The notes beneath the pieces were generated by a model that was given only the letters and a program-made list of their open reading frames with translations, was not told where the DNA came from and made no database searches. Both the position numbers and the translations under genes were made by a program. From Cenococcum geophilum (taxonomy: Eukaryota), in assembly GCA_050273025.1 (NCBI GenBank), contig CP158635.1, forward strand, positions 23,064,001 through 23,128,000: a stretch of DNA of 64,000 nt. Reading direction: 5' to 3'. Below, piece by piece: positions 37,801 through 49,200 of this stretch (its first letter is position 1; the number at the start of each line of letters is the position of its first letter).

Positions 37801-38586
37801 CTACTCTTTCCCTTCCTCCTTCTCAATGAGCTTGCCCTCAAAAACCATCGTAAGCACGCCCCCAATCTTCCCCTCCGGATCCTTCGCCTCCACCGCTCCC
37901 TTACACTCCCCCGCGGCATCTTTCACCTTCCTCACCATCGCCTGCGCCTCCTCAACTGCAGCTCTCCGCCCCGTTTTCTTGGGAGCAAGAATAACCTCGA
38001 CCTTCCTGCCCTGCCCCAGAAACTCCTTCATCCGCGCCAATCGATGCCTCAAATCATTCGCGTCAATAGCCCAATTGATCTCCAACTGCTTCGACGGGCC
38101 TCCCACACCGGCTCCGCCTTTCGTCTTCGCTTTATTCTTCAGCGCGAGCTTGACCTTCTGCCGCTCCCTCAGCTCCTGCTTCGACTGCAGCTTGCAAGTC
38201 GGCAGAGAAGCCGGGTCATCTGGGCTCGGCGGGCCATTATCTGTGGAGCTGGGCGCGACCTGGACGAGGTGGTATACTTTCCGGTCAAAGGTGTGCAGGA
38301 CGTCGCGGAGGGGGACGGCCGGGTGGAAGCCGTCGGTGTTCACGAAGTTGATGTAGCGGCTGCGGATCGCTTCGTCGACTACGAAGACGTCGGTGAGAGA
38401 TTGGCGGATGTTATCTTTCATGTAGGCTTTGTAGCGGCGGTATAATAGCGGGATGAATGAGGGCTGGATTGGCGCTGAGGTGGGACGGAGAGGTGCGCGG
38501 AGGGGAGGCCTCGAGGCGGATAGGGAGGGCTGGATAAAGACACGGTAGAGAGTATGCGCCGTCCCTCCAAGGTGGTTTGGAGGCAT
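37801..38586 (-). CDS. Mitochondrial translation initiation factor IF3
   Basis: DEAIRSRYINFV (IF3-N-like) and KQLEINWAIDANDLRHRL..FLGQGRKVEV (IF3-C). Confidence 0.85.
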   Translation of the reverse strand: MPPNHLGGTAHTLYRVFIQPSLSASRPPLRAPLRPTSAPIQPSFIPLLYRRYKAYMKDNIRQSLTDVFVVDEAIRSRYINFVNTDGFHPAVPLRDVLHTFDRKVYHLVQVAPSSTDNGPPSPDDPASLPTCKLQSKQELRERQKVKLALKNKAKTKGGAGVGGPSKQLEINWAIDANDLRHRLARMKEFLGQGRKVEVILAPKKTGRRAAVEEAQAMVRKVKDAAGECKGAVEAKDPEGKIGGVLTMVFEGKLIEKEEGKE

Positions 38587-38893
38587 GATAGGAGTTCGAG
38601 ATTTTACATAATAGGCGTCAGAGGGTAGAGAAGCAATGGCAATAAAACGACAGGTAAGAGAGCGTAGGCCAATTGGTAGTAGTTATACTGAAAAATTCTT
38701 GAAGTCGAAAGCTAATGGAAGCTTTACGGCGCACGGACCAACCTCCGCTCCTCCATCGTTACTTCCGCCCCGCTGTGGTATCCCCTCAACCTCTCACCAC
38801 CATGTTGCAGCCTTGATGTATCCTAAACTGTACAATGTCTTCTAGCGCCCACAATTCCGCCTCTGTAATAATCACCTCCTCCGCATTTCCACC

Positions 38894-39632
38894 ATGACCT
38901 CCTGGATCTCCGAGTACCAGTCCGCGCTGGACGCCCGAGACTCGCGCGAGAAAGCCAACAGCGTCTACATCGAAGCCTGTAAGACAAACCAGCACCCCAA
39001 GCAGGACGTAACCTCTACTCCAGACCCTCCCCCACCCCCACTGGGACCTACCAACCCCCCCAAACCACCCCGTCTGACCTCTCACAGATACCAAGCTAGC
39101 CGACCGCACCGCAACGCTAACAACAGCCTCGCAGGCCCTCCCCTCTCCCCCCGTCGCCCCAACCGCCCTCTCCAAGTCCGCCGTCCGCCCCAGCACACCC
39201 CGCGGCAAGTCGTCCCCACCTCCCGTGTCCCCCGAGGCCGGCGGGACCCCCGACACGCTCGCCCGGCTGCGCGCCGACCTGACGGCCACGCAGCGCGAGC
39301 GGGTGGCGCTGGAGACGCGCGCGGCAGCGCTGACAACCGAGGTGACGGCGCTGCGCGCGCAGACGGCGCTGAATGCGCGGCGGATCGGCGGTCTGGAGCG
39401 CGCGAAGGAGCTGCTGGAGCGGAAAGTGAAGGATCGGGATGAGGAGATTCGGGGGAAGGGGAGGCTGGTGGAGGAGGTGCAGGATGAGATGGTGGCGTTG
39501 AATCTGCAGCTGAATATGGCGGAGCAGCGGGTCGAGAAGCTGAAGGCTGAGAATGAGGAGTTGACGCGGCGGTGGATGGAGAAGATGGAGAGGGAGGCGA
39601 AGGAGATGAATGAGCGGAGTCGGTGGTCGTGA
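38894..39632 (+). CDS. ATG16: Autophagy protein 16, 2 exons
   Basis: W..EY..ALDARD.RE (ATG5-binding helix); coiled coil ending DEMVALNLQLNMAE..LKAENEELTRRWM. Intron ~38979-39088. Confidence 0.93.
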
Positions 39633-39941
39633 TGCTGGGGACGAGAGAAAAGTAATGGCGTTTTGATAGGATTTTTTGGGGCTGGGAGGTTTTTCTGAGC
39701 GAATATTTTCAGACTAGATACTAGCGGTGCATATCATACGAATCATGTAGCATAATAGACTAGAGTTGCTGGAGTACATCCTCCTTTCTCGGTTCTATCG
39801 TTATGAGTAAATATACCATCTATGGTTCCTTAAGGGTCTAATGGAGAGTGCCATGCCTCAGCCCCAAAACGCCCTGCCATGCATTCATACCGTCAGAAGA
39901 TCATGAAGCCTATCCGTATGCGCATATTCTGTGTTGCCCAC

Positions 39942-41019
39942 TCATGCTTTCATTTCTTCCGTGCTTTTGTCCGCATCCTCATTGTTCAGATTGAACACCT
40001 TGTCCTTCACGACTGCTGCCATTAAGCCAGTCTCCTCCTCCCTCTGGATCTTCCTGCTAGCACCAACCATCTTCTCCAATTGCTCCTTATTCGAACCACC
40101 CACATAAGGACTAGTTCGATTGGACTTGATGCTACGCTCCTCCTGTGTGATCTTATGTGCCAGATCCCTTATTTGCTTAGTGCCATACTCTCGATTCGAA
40201 AACAGCGGACTAGCCGACAGCGTCCCAACCCAGTACTTATTCCACAGCGCCTCAAGCAGCTTCGCATCCAGCGTAGACTTGAAATGCGAAACCTCAAGCG
40301 AGTAATACTGCGACGCATGCGCGCCAAAATCTTCGATCTTCCCCAACGGAATCGTCTGAAAGCCATCCCCGTCACCTCCACTCTTCGCCTTATCTTTGGC
40401 ATAGCCCTCCGGAAACGTCCTAAAAGCGCCAATCTCGACCTTCCCCGCCGACACCGTCCTGTCGGGGTCAATAACGACCGCCAGGAACGGGTCCGAGTAC
40501 GTCTGCTGGGCCATCTCAGTGCTAACGTCGATGCCGGACAGCCAGCAGCCGTAGCCCGGGTGGCTGTGGTACCAGCCGACGGCGTTCTCGAGCTGGCCGG
40601 CCTCGCGCGCCCGCTGCAGGTACTGCACCATGTACTCGTTGGCTTCGTCCTGCGCGTTGACGCGCGTCTCGGTGCCTTCAACGGGGAGCCGGAATGCGTC
40701 AGTCACGACGAAGGTCGAGCCTGCGATGCTGCCTTGCATCAGGCCCATGACTTCGAGCGAGCCGCCGGACCGCGCGTGCATGACCATCTTCAGCAGCGCG
40801 ACGGCCGAGATTCGCACCGAGGTGAAGTAGTGCGGGTCTTTTTTCCAGGGCCGGGCGTCGTTGATAGATTTTTGGTCGGATGGTGAGTAGTTGTAGAGGG
40901 CGTCGCGGTGGGGGTCGACGAGTTTGATAGAGTTTTCGAGCTCTGTGGGCGTTTGTTAGGTTGGGGTGCTGGAGGTGGAGTGAGGGCAGCTTACCCCAGC
41001 TCTTCATAGCCTTCTCCAT
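39942..41019 (-). CDS. CSN5: COP9 signalosome subunit 5 (JAMM deneddylase), 2 exons
   Basis: [42 protein letters not shown] and [10 protein letters not shown]. Confidence 0.97.
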
Positions 41020-41234
41020 GGCGGGCGAGCTGTGTGGAGGTGTTGGTGGTGCTGGAAGATGAGGTCGAGCTTGGTGGTCAATTATGTGCCAAGCGCGGGG
41101 TGGATTTTCAGGCACCAGCTCGGAGGCGGTGAAGAGTAGTAAAGCATACAGGTTATGTACATTATACATTATTCAGTCCAGGAGCAATTGTAAATTGCTA
41201 CACTTTGGATTCTAGATGGTTGGAGTGACAACTA

Positions 41235-42600
41235 CTAGAATCTGCCTGCCCTTTTAGAATCGGCGGCGAAAAATAACGCCTTTATGCCAATGATGCCAAG
41301 ATTTCGTGCCCTTTGCGCCAGGGAACGCCTCCACATATCCTTCCAGTGGTCCAGTTCGCCCAAAGGTCTATGCATGTCCATAACGCCTCTCAACTCCAAC
41401 TCTACCATCCTATCAAATTCTTCTACTATCTCCCTCCTGATCATCCTCTCCTTCCAGACCATCCTCATGCTCTCCTCCGTCTTGATCGTCTTCCAATACC
41501 GCCTCTGTGATTTCACATCGCTACTGCTATCTCTGTGATTTCAACTCCAGCACCCTCCGACTTAAGAAGACGCATGAATACCTCCCAGCCACAGTTGCAA
41601 ACAATTGCTTTGCCCATCTTTTCTGTAATCTCAACTGCCGTGCCGTATCGATCGAGAAGTAGCATCATCACATCATCAAAAACAAAAGAAATTCTTTCGA
41701 TGAGTTTTTCTGTAACCTTAACCGTTGTGTCGCTTCGCTCGAGGAGTAGCATTATTATCTCTTGCCGTATTCGCGACTCGTTGCTGCCGCCTCCAATGCC
41801 TCGTTCGTGATGCTCTCTTCGGCACCCTTTTGATCAAGAACCAGCGCCATTAGCTCCTTGTCACATAATCGAGCAACTGATACAACCGCTCTCTTAATAA
41901 TCTTAACCGCTATGTCGCTTCGCCCAAGGAGTAGCATCATCATCTCTTTACCGTAGCTGCGATTTGCCGCCTGCTCTAGCATTTCCTCCGTAATCTTAAA
42001 TTCTGCGGTCATTTGATCCAGAAGCACCATCACCATTTCTATATCGGATGTCAGTATGGAATTATGCATCGCCGCCTCTGTTATCTTGATTCCTCCACCA
42101 TTTTCCTTTAGAAGTTGTGCTATCGCCTCACGAGATCTCTTGTCATGGCATATTTCCATCATAATCTTACCTGTAATCTTCATCTCTGAACCTCTTTGCT
42201 TAACAAGGTTTGTTAGAACTTCCGAGAGAAGTCTACTTCCTGCAGCTGCTTCTAATATCTTTCCCAAAGAGAGATCATAGCGTCGCTGAACTGCTTGAAA
42301 TGCCATAGGGCTAGCCATCAAAACTACTCTGTATTTACCAGTGATGTCCATAACATGCAAATATCTCCAGAGAATATAGGACAAATCATTAAGTGGGCTA
42401 TATTAGGGTAAGAGGAGTAAGAAATAAAGGATACAGTTTGCGGATAAAGACGTACGATGCTCCCAGGTGACAGCTGTGAGGGTCAGCTCCCATCTGTAAT
42501 AGTAATTCCACCGATTCAAAATGGAGGAATATGGCGCCTTTCCTCTACCTCTTTCTACTTCTTAGCTTGACATCCGCATTAATAGACTACCAATTGTATA
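41235..42600 (-). pseudogene. Frameshifted remnant of an ankyrin / ITE..AA helical-repeat protein (NLR-tail-like) at the TE boundary
   Basis: Repeats like LLDQ..AEFKITEEMLEQAA occur in three frames, plus VELLLQMGADP near 42480-42515. Frameshifts and stops are present, and it is cut at 42602 by the hAT element. Confidence 0.65.
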
Positions 42601-42934
42601 GGCTTGCTCCAGAGTTGCGGAGGATAGGCCGGATAGGCCTCTCGGATAATAGGCCTATCAGCTGATAGTATCCGGAGACTATCCGGATAGTCTCCGGATA
42701 GTCTTGGCAAAATCCCCTTAATATGCTTATACTTGTAATGCACCTCCCAATATTAAATAAATAAATTTTCTATTAGTATAGATTTATTGTGCTTATAAAG
42801 CGCTTTAAAATGGTACCACTTTTATCTAAATATCCTAAGGATAAGTAATATTATATAGATATAAAGCTTACAAAAGCTCTGCGGAATAAGGCTTTAGGGA
42901 AGCCGCGCACGGAGCTCTACCAAAGCTCAGCAAA

Positions 42935-43148
42935 AGCTCTGCACGAAGCTCTGCACGAAGCTCTGCGTATAGAGGCTCTGCACGAGGCTCTGCGTATGGA
43001 GGCTCTGCACGAAGCTCTGCGTATGGAGGCTCTGCACGAAGCTCTGCGTATGGAGGCTCTGCACGAAGCTCTGCGTACGGAGGCTCTGCACGGGGCTCTG
43101 CGTATGGAGACTCTGCATGAAGCTCTACACGAAGCTCTGCACGAAGCT
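42935..43148. repeat. 27-bp minisatellite (GCTCTGCACGAA + GCTCTGCGTATGGAG), ~6 copies plus flanking 12-mers
   Basis: Directly visible tandem array; it produces the QSLHTQSFV-repeat ORF. Confidence 0.92.
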
Positions 43149-43675
43149 TTTATATAGAGCTTCCGTAGTAGAGCCGTCGTACGCAGAACCGTCGTACGCA
43201 GAGCCGTCGCGCAGAGCCTCTGTACATAGAGATTTGTGTAGATCCTCGTATAAAGCCTTATATAAAGCTTTTATATACAGAGCCTCTATATAATATAATA
43301 ATATTTAATTAAAAATATATATAACTACTTAGCTATCAAATATTATTTTTATAAAGATAAATATTTATTTTACTATAGATACCTCTCTAAGCTTTAAATA
43401 TTTATATGCTAAGAAATATAGCCAAGGCTATCTAAAGACTATCCAGATAGTCTCCAAATACTATTAGCTAATAGGTCTATTATCTAAGAGGCCTATCTAG
43501 CCTATCCTTTATAAGTCTATTAAAGATATACTTATAAAGAATAAACTATCCTATTTAGTTAGGCGGATAATAATCCTATCTAAGGATAGCCTAGATATAA
43601 TATCCAGATAAGGCTTAGTATTTATAAAATTTTAACTATAAAACTAAATCTTTTATTTCTATTATATAACACTAC

Positions 43676-43832
43676 TATTACGGCACTGTTACAGACCCTA
43701 GTTAAGGGCTCGGCCGACCCTTAGCGCCATATATATAGACGTGTCCTTTCCTTAACCTTCTTCTAGTCCTTGTCTTGGAATTCTCGTTTACTGGCTATTA
43801 ATAGATTCTATTCTTTTAACTAAGCCTTTACA
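43676..43832 (+). mobile_element. Solo LTR (157 bp)
   Basis: Termini TATTAC (RIPed TG start)...TTTACA; 5-bp TSD ACTAC (43671-43675 and 43833-43837). Shares TATTACGGCACTG and ATTCTCGTTTA with the LTR at 45838. Confidence 0.75.
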
Positions 43833-44159
43833 ACTACAAATATAGCTATTATTAGGCTTTATATAAAGCTACGTACGTAGAGCTTTTATATATAGAGTCT
43901 TTAATATAGAGCGTCGTATAGAGCCTCTATATATAGAGTTTTTAATATAGAGTATCGGGTAGAGCGTTATATAGAGCGTTATAGTATATTAGTGCTATAT
44001 ATTAGTAAAGCCCTAGAAATCTAAATAGGGCTTTAAGTAGAGCTTTATAAAGAGCTTTTATAGAGCTTCGTGTAGAGCTTTATATAGAGCCTCTACTATC
44101 TACTATAAAAGATCGGTAAAATCGCCAAGCCGTAGCAGCGCGTATTGCCCTCTATTAAA

Positions 44160-44497
44160 ACAATATACCCCCTATAGCCCTACTAATATAACTCTATATT
44201 TTATAAATAGAGCCCTATTTTATAGCTTTATTTTAGGGCTATAAAATAAGCTATTATTTATAAAATATAGAGCGTTATTAGTAGGGTTATAGGGGGTGCT
44301 TTGCAATGGCTTAAGGCTCTCCGCTAATTTATCCGGCCCCTCCATTCCTAGAAATAAGTACCCCCTATAACTCTACCAAAACGGCCTTAAATTATATAAA
44401 TAAAGGCTTATTTTATAGCCCTAGAATAGAGCTATAAAATAGGCCTCTATTTATAAAATATAGAGTTATATTAGTGGGGCTATAGGTAGTATATTAT
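44160..44497. mobile_element. Palindromic MITE-like element with long inverted arms
   Basis: 44162-44250 is the reverse complement of ~44408-44495. Each ~140-bp arm is itself quasi-palindromic. Confidence 0.7.
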
Positions 44498-46284
44498 TTG
44501 GATATTATCCGATATCCGGGCTATCCTCGGATAGGATTATTATCCGCCCGACCGGATAGGATAATTTATCCTCCGCAAGCCTGGCTTGCTCGTCCCTTAC
44601 TATGCTAGTGCCTTAATTGACTAAGTCGCTACAACATGTTTACTACGCGGCTTGGTAGCTCTACGGCGACGAATTCCTCTTAATATCGCGCGTGTATAAA
44701 GAGCTACAGATCTATAACTTGTAGAGTAGGCTTTTCTCTATAATTTAGTGTAATTTTTATCTTAATAGGTATTATACAAGGGTAGATTAATTTTGTTAAA
44801 GTTAATAAAGTCTTCTTATATAAATAGTGTTTAGGTTTTATATAAAGCTTGCTAAAGTGCCTTAGACTAAGAAAACAATTGCCGTCCTAAATTAGCTTTG
44901 CAGGCGGTGCGGATACAGGGTATCCGACCTCCGGTGTCCCCCCCCAAGGTGTACGCGCGACACACACCTAATTTCGCTACGTCTGCAGCTAAATTAGTAT
45001 GTAGAGCTAGCAGGAAGGGGTGTAGTACATAGCCAGGGCTTAAGCCACGGCCCACTTCAACCTGGAAGCTCAAATTTGAAGCTATTCTGAACTTCTCTCC
45101 CTTACTAAAAATCGTAATATCTGTTCCAGATCGTGGTGTTTTACCCTACTACCTTTCTTAATATGGCTCCAAATATAGGCGACTAGTAGCACACCTTTAT
45201 TGAAATTCTTCTTATAGCTAGCGCTAGTAAGCGTATATGCGCCCATTAAGCCAATTACTCCCCAAAGGCAATTTAACGTATTTAGAGGAAGATAAGGCTA
45301 TACGGAAAAATAAGGCTTAGTTGTAAATATAAGTTAAGGCGTATACTAAGTATTAAAATAACTGTTACATTACTCTGCTGACTAGATAAGGCTCCAAACT
45401 TATACCTTAATAAGATAATATAGTTTATCTATAACCGGTTTAAAATTATTATAAGTAAGTAGACGCTTAGTATAGAACTAAGGGTTATTAGCTAGAGTAG
45501 GAAGCTAGTAAGGAAGCCTTAATAGCTACGCGTAAGAAAGTTACTAATTATATATTAGGCTCGCCAAGTTGCCCACAAGCGAAGCTAGAAGGATTATACC
45601 TTATTTTAGGCTATAATCTCGTAGTTTACTATTAATTAGTTAGTGTTTATAGATAAATCTAGAGCTAATTTAAAAACGGGTATATAGAAGGTGTTTTAGT
45701 TGCTAGTAGGAGTTACACTAGTTTTATATATACTGTATAACTATAGTAAGCCACGAGTTAATATACTACTTGCCTATACCGTTAACGGTATACTTATATT
45801 ATTAGTATATAGTAGCTTAATAAATACGAAGGGCTATTATTACGGCACTGGCAGAAAACGGCAGAACTTGGTGGCAGAACTTAGCAAAACTTTGTGGTTA
45901 CATAACTAGAGGACCATATAAAAGAACCCTACTTTAACCGGCGCTGCTCTTCTTCTCCTTTCCTTTCTTTAGCTTTAGATTCTCGTTTATAGATAATCTA
46001 ATTATATAGGCTTACGCAACCCCCTTACTATACTTATATTTTAATTAACTAAGTTACTAATATTATCTAAAGCTTAAACCACCCTTTCTTCCTAAAAAGG
46101 AACTTAAAAAATATCTATAGGACTATAAATAGGACAAGGACGCAGAATAGGACCCTAAGGATATTACTAGAACTATAAGAATAGAACTAAAAAGAAAAGG
46201 ATAGAACCCTAAGAAAAGGACCTATAAGACACGCATAGACTAAAACCCCTAAAGAAATTACCCGAAATTACCCAATACCCCTAC

Positions 46285-49200
46285 TATTGGTCACATAGGG
46301 TGACTTACCAATAACGACTACTCGAGTAGGTTATAGTGATGTTGGTTAATAAAGCTTATTGATTGGAATAAGGAAGGGCGAGGAGCTTAAGGCTCCTCGC
46401 CACGCTAGTGCCGCGGCAACACGTAATAGTAACTTGCCATTACGTGACGGCAGTTTGCCGTACGTGATAGCAAATTGCCTTATTCCCGACACTGGCAACT
46501 CTTCTTTTATAGTTGCCCTCTATATATAAATACTACTTAACTATTATAACAAATATAGATCCTCCTTACTTACTATTACTATTATAATATAAGTCTCGCT
46601 GTTCCAAAATTTACCTCTTAGCACGTGGTGCTTTCTTGCTAAGGAGTTATAGGTAAATATCGTATTAGGGCCGTTAGGGCCGCCAAGGCGCTAGCTATAA
46701 GCGAGCTAATAGCGATTTTCCATACCGGGTATAGAAAATCCTAATTGGCTAGTTAAAATTAGGGTCTATAAAGCGTTATACTCTTACTCCCTTTTAACCT
46801 AACCTTTAACTTATACGCGTAAAGTATTTATATTAATAAACGTTTCTAGAGCCTTGTTTAAGGTTGCCTTTGTTATTATATTTACTAGGTTATCTTAACC
46901 GTTAATCTATTAAATTTTAAAGAGTTTTTACCGTTTGTAGGATTAACGAAGTGCTATAATATCGATTATAAGGCGTTTCTTCTTTATAGTACTAAGCTTA
47001 ACTAATCACTTATAGAGGGAGTATAAGTTAGTATATACGATTATAGGAATAATGGGAAGTTTAAGTTAATCTATAATTATCTTTAGGGTAGTTCTAATTG
47101 CAATTGCTATATTAACTCCGCTAACTATTTTATATATTTCTAACGCTAGAACGCTTTAAGTAACGCGCTTACTCTTGGTTAAGCTTTAATAGATAAGATT
47201 ACCGTAAATTATAAAGTTATTCTCTCTAGTAGATTCGTTTATAATAATAATCTTATATCCTAACTAGGAGCTAAAATCTTTATTATTTACAAATAATCTA
47301 TTAATAAATATAAAGAGCTTAGCGGTGGGAAGATTAATAGGCACGTAGAGTAGTCCCTAGTTAAGATGGTTTATTTACTAAAAAAGACGCTTATTTAGGG
47401 TAAGGATATTATCCTTAGTTAATTCCTAGTGTTAAGCGGTAATAGAGAAATTAAATAAAGCCTTAGGTTAACAAATAGAAGCAATATAAGCTCTATAAGC
47501 GCGTTGCTCTACATATCCTTATTTTAGAGAATTAATGTTAATAATATTAATCTTCTTACCTTAACCCTTTTGGCACAAAGTAATAGAATCCTTATTTAGG
47601 GAGAGGACATATCTATTAAAGAGTAATGGTGTTATTAAATTAAGCTTTTCCTTTAGCTTTACTATAAGATTTGCCTTTACTAGCTCATCTTCTTCAAGAG
47701 CTAAAAATTAGTCATCTCCTAAGATAATTATATCGTTAGTTTATATGCCGACGATTCTAAATAGAGTTCCCGTAGTTATAATAAGGAAGCATAAATTAAA
47801 TGTAAAAGTAGTCATTAAAAGCTTCTCTTTATGGTGCTTACTATAGGTAGCCCACTAGTAAGTTCCTACCTCTGCAATTTTATATAATGGCTTAAGCACA
47901 ACCATAATTATATCTTTGGAGTATTAGTAGCGAATTTGCTCTAGAAGGTATACTAATATTAAGCGCTAAAGGTGCGTCTTTAATTGGGTGTAGGCCTAAG
48001 TAATATCTCGCAGATAGACTGCTATTCTATTCTTTATTAGGGAGGGAGCTAGTATAATAATAACTCGCTAACTGGCTCGTTAAATTATGGGAGATTATAT
48101 AAGAATTACCTCCTTACTATTATTATTGTAGCCTTAGATAACAAGCCTTAATTTCTTAAATAGGGCGTTAGTAGCTTTACCTTTAATCTCATTAACTATT
48201 CTTAACTTAAAGATGCAAACTTTATTAAACTTAGTAGGGTTATACTTCTCGAATTTAAAGACCCCTCTTATAATAAGACTATCGATCTCCTGCTTATTAG
48301 ATGCTTAGAAAGGAGCTCTTAGAGTTATAATACGACCTTCCTTTTAAAGCTGTTTTGCGAGTTTAAAGTTAGCCTTCTCCTTAGCTATTATAAAGGCCAT
48401 TAATAGCTCAACTTTATTCTTAATGGCGGCAATAAATTGCTCTTTAAAATTAATAAGATATTAGCGATTTTATAATCCCTTTAGGCGACCTCTACCGCAT
48501 TATAGTTGCGGCGTATCTACTACAATTATATTAGGATCATAGTCGCCTTCTAGAGCACATTAATCGTGGCTCTCCTTTAGGGCATCTTCTATAGTATCCT
48601 ATAAAGGCTTAGAACTATTATCTTTATAGTAAGGCTTAATAATAGTTAAACGGAATTAAATGGGTCTATAAGGCATCTAAATAATATAAGTTTAACTATT
48701 AATTGTAATAAGTTAATATAGGCCTAACCATCCTCCCTTTTTACGCTATATGTATACCTTAGACTAAAGTGGCAGATCGAGCATAGTTAAGGTATTTGGG
48801 CCATTTCTTATTCCTAGTACATTGTTGACCTGGCGTATAGCGTAGAGATATTATACCTCCTTTATTGCCTTGTAAATAGCCTTAGCTTATTACACAATAG
48901 AGGGAGATAGTAGAGAATTGTTAGTTATTTAAGGGTAGGCGCTAAAGACTAGTAACGTAGGTACAAGTCTATCTAGGCTAGCGGAATTATTAATAGCTTT
49001 AACAGCTATTTATAAGGTAAGTTTTTCGCTAGCGTCCTCTAGTTCTAAAGAGATAATCTTATATACGTGGCGTAATGGCGCATAATATCGTTCTACTTTT
49101 CTAACACTATTATATGCCTTAATAGGGACTTCCTTAACCTTAATTACTATTGCCTTTATCTGTTATTAAAACTCTATAGATAAGAAGTTCTTTCCTACGT

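Larger units (their letters stand above)
42610..44583. mobile_element. Composite non-autonomous hAT-type DNA element
   Basis: Termini CAGAGTTGCGGAGGATA ... TATCCTCCGCAAGCCTG; perfect 8-bp TSD GCTTGCTC (42602-42609 and 44584-44591); no transposase ORF. Confidence 0.88.

Noticed and set aside
42935..43148. CRISPR-like array or real repeat protein (QSLHTQSFV ORF)
   Set aside because: Head-to-tail units with no unique spacers, in a eukaryotic context inside a TE; the ORF is a by-product of the 27-bp period.
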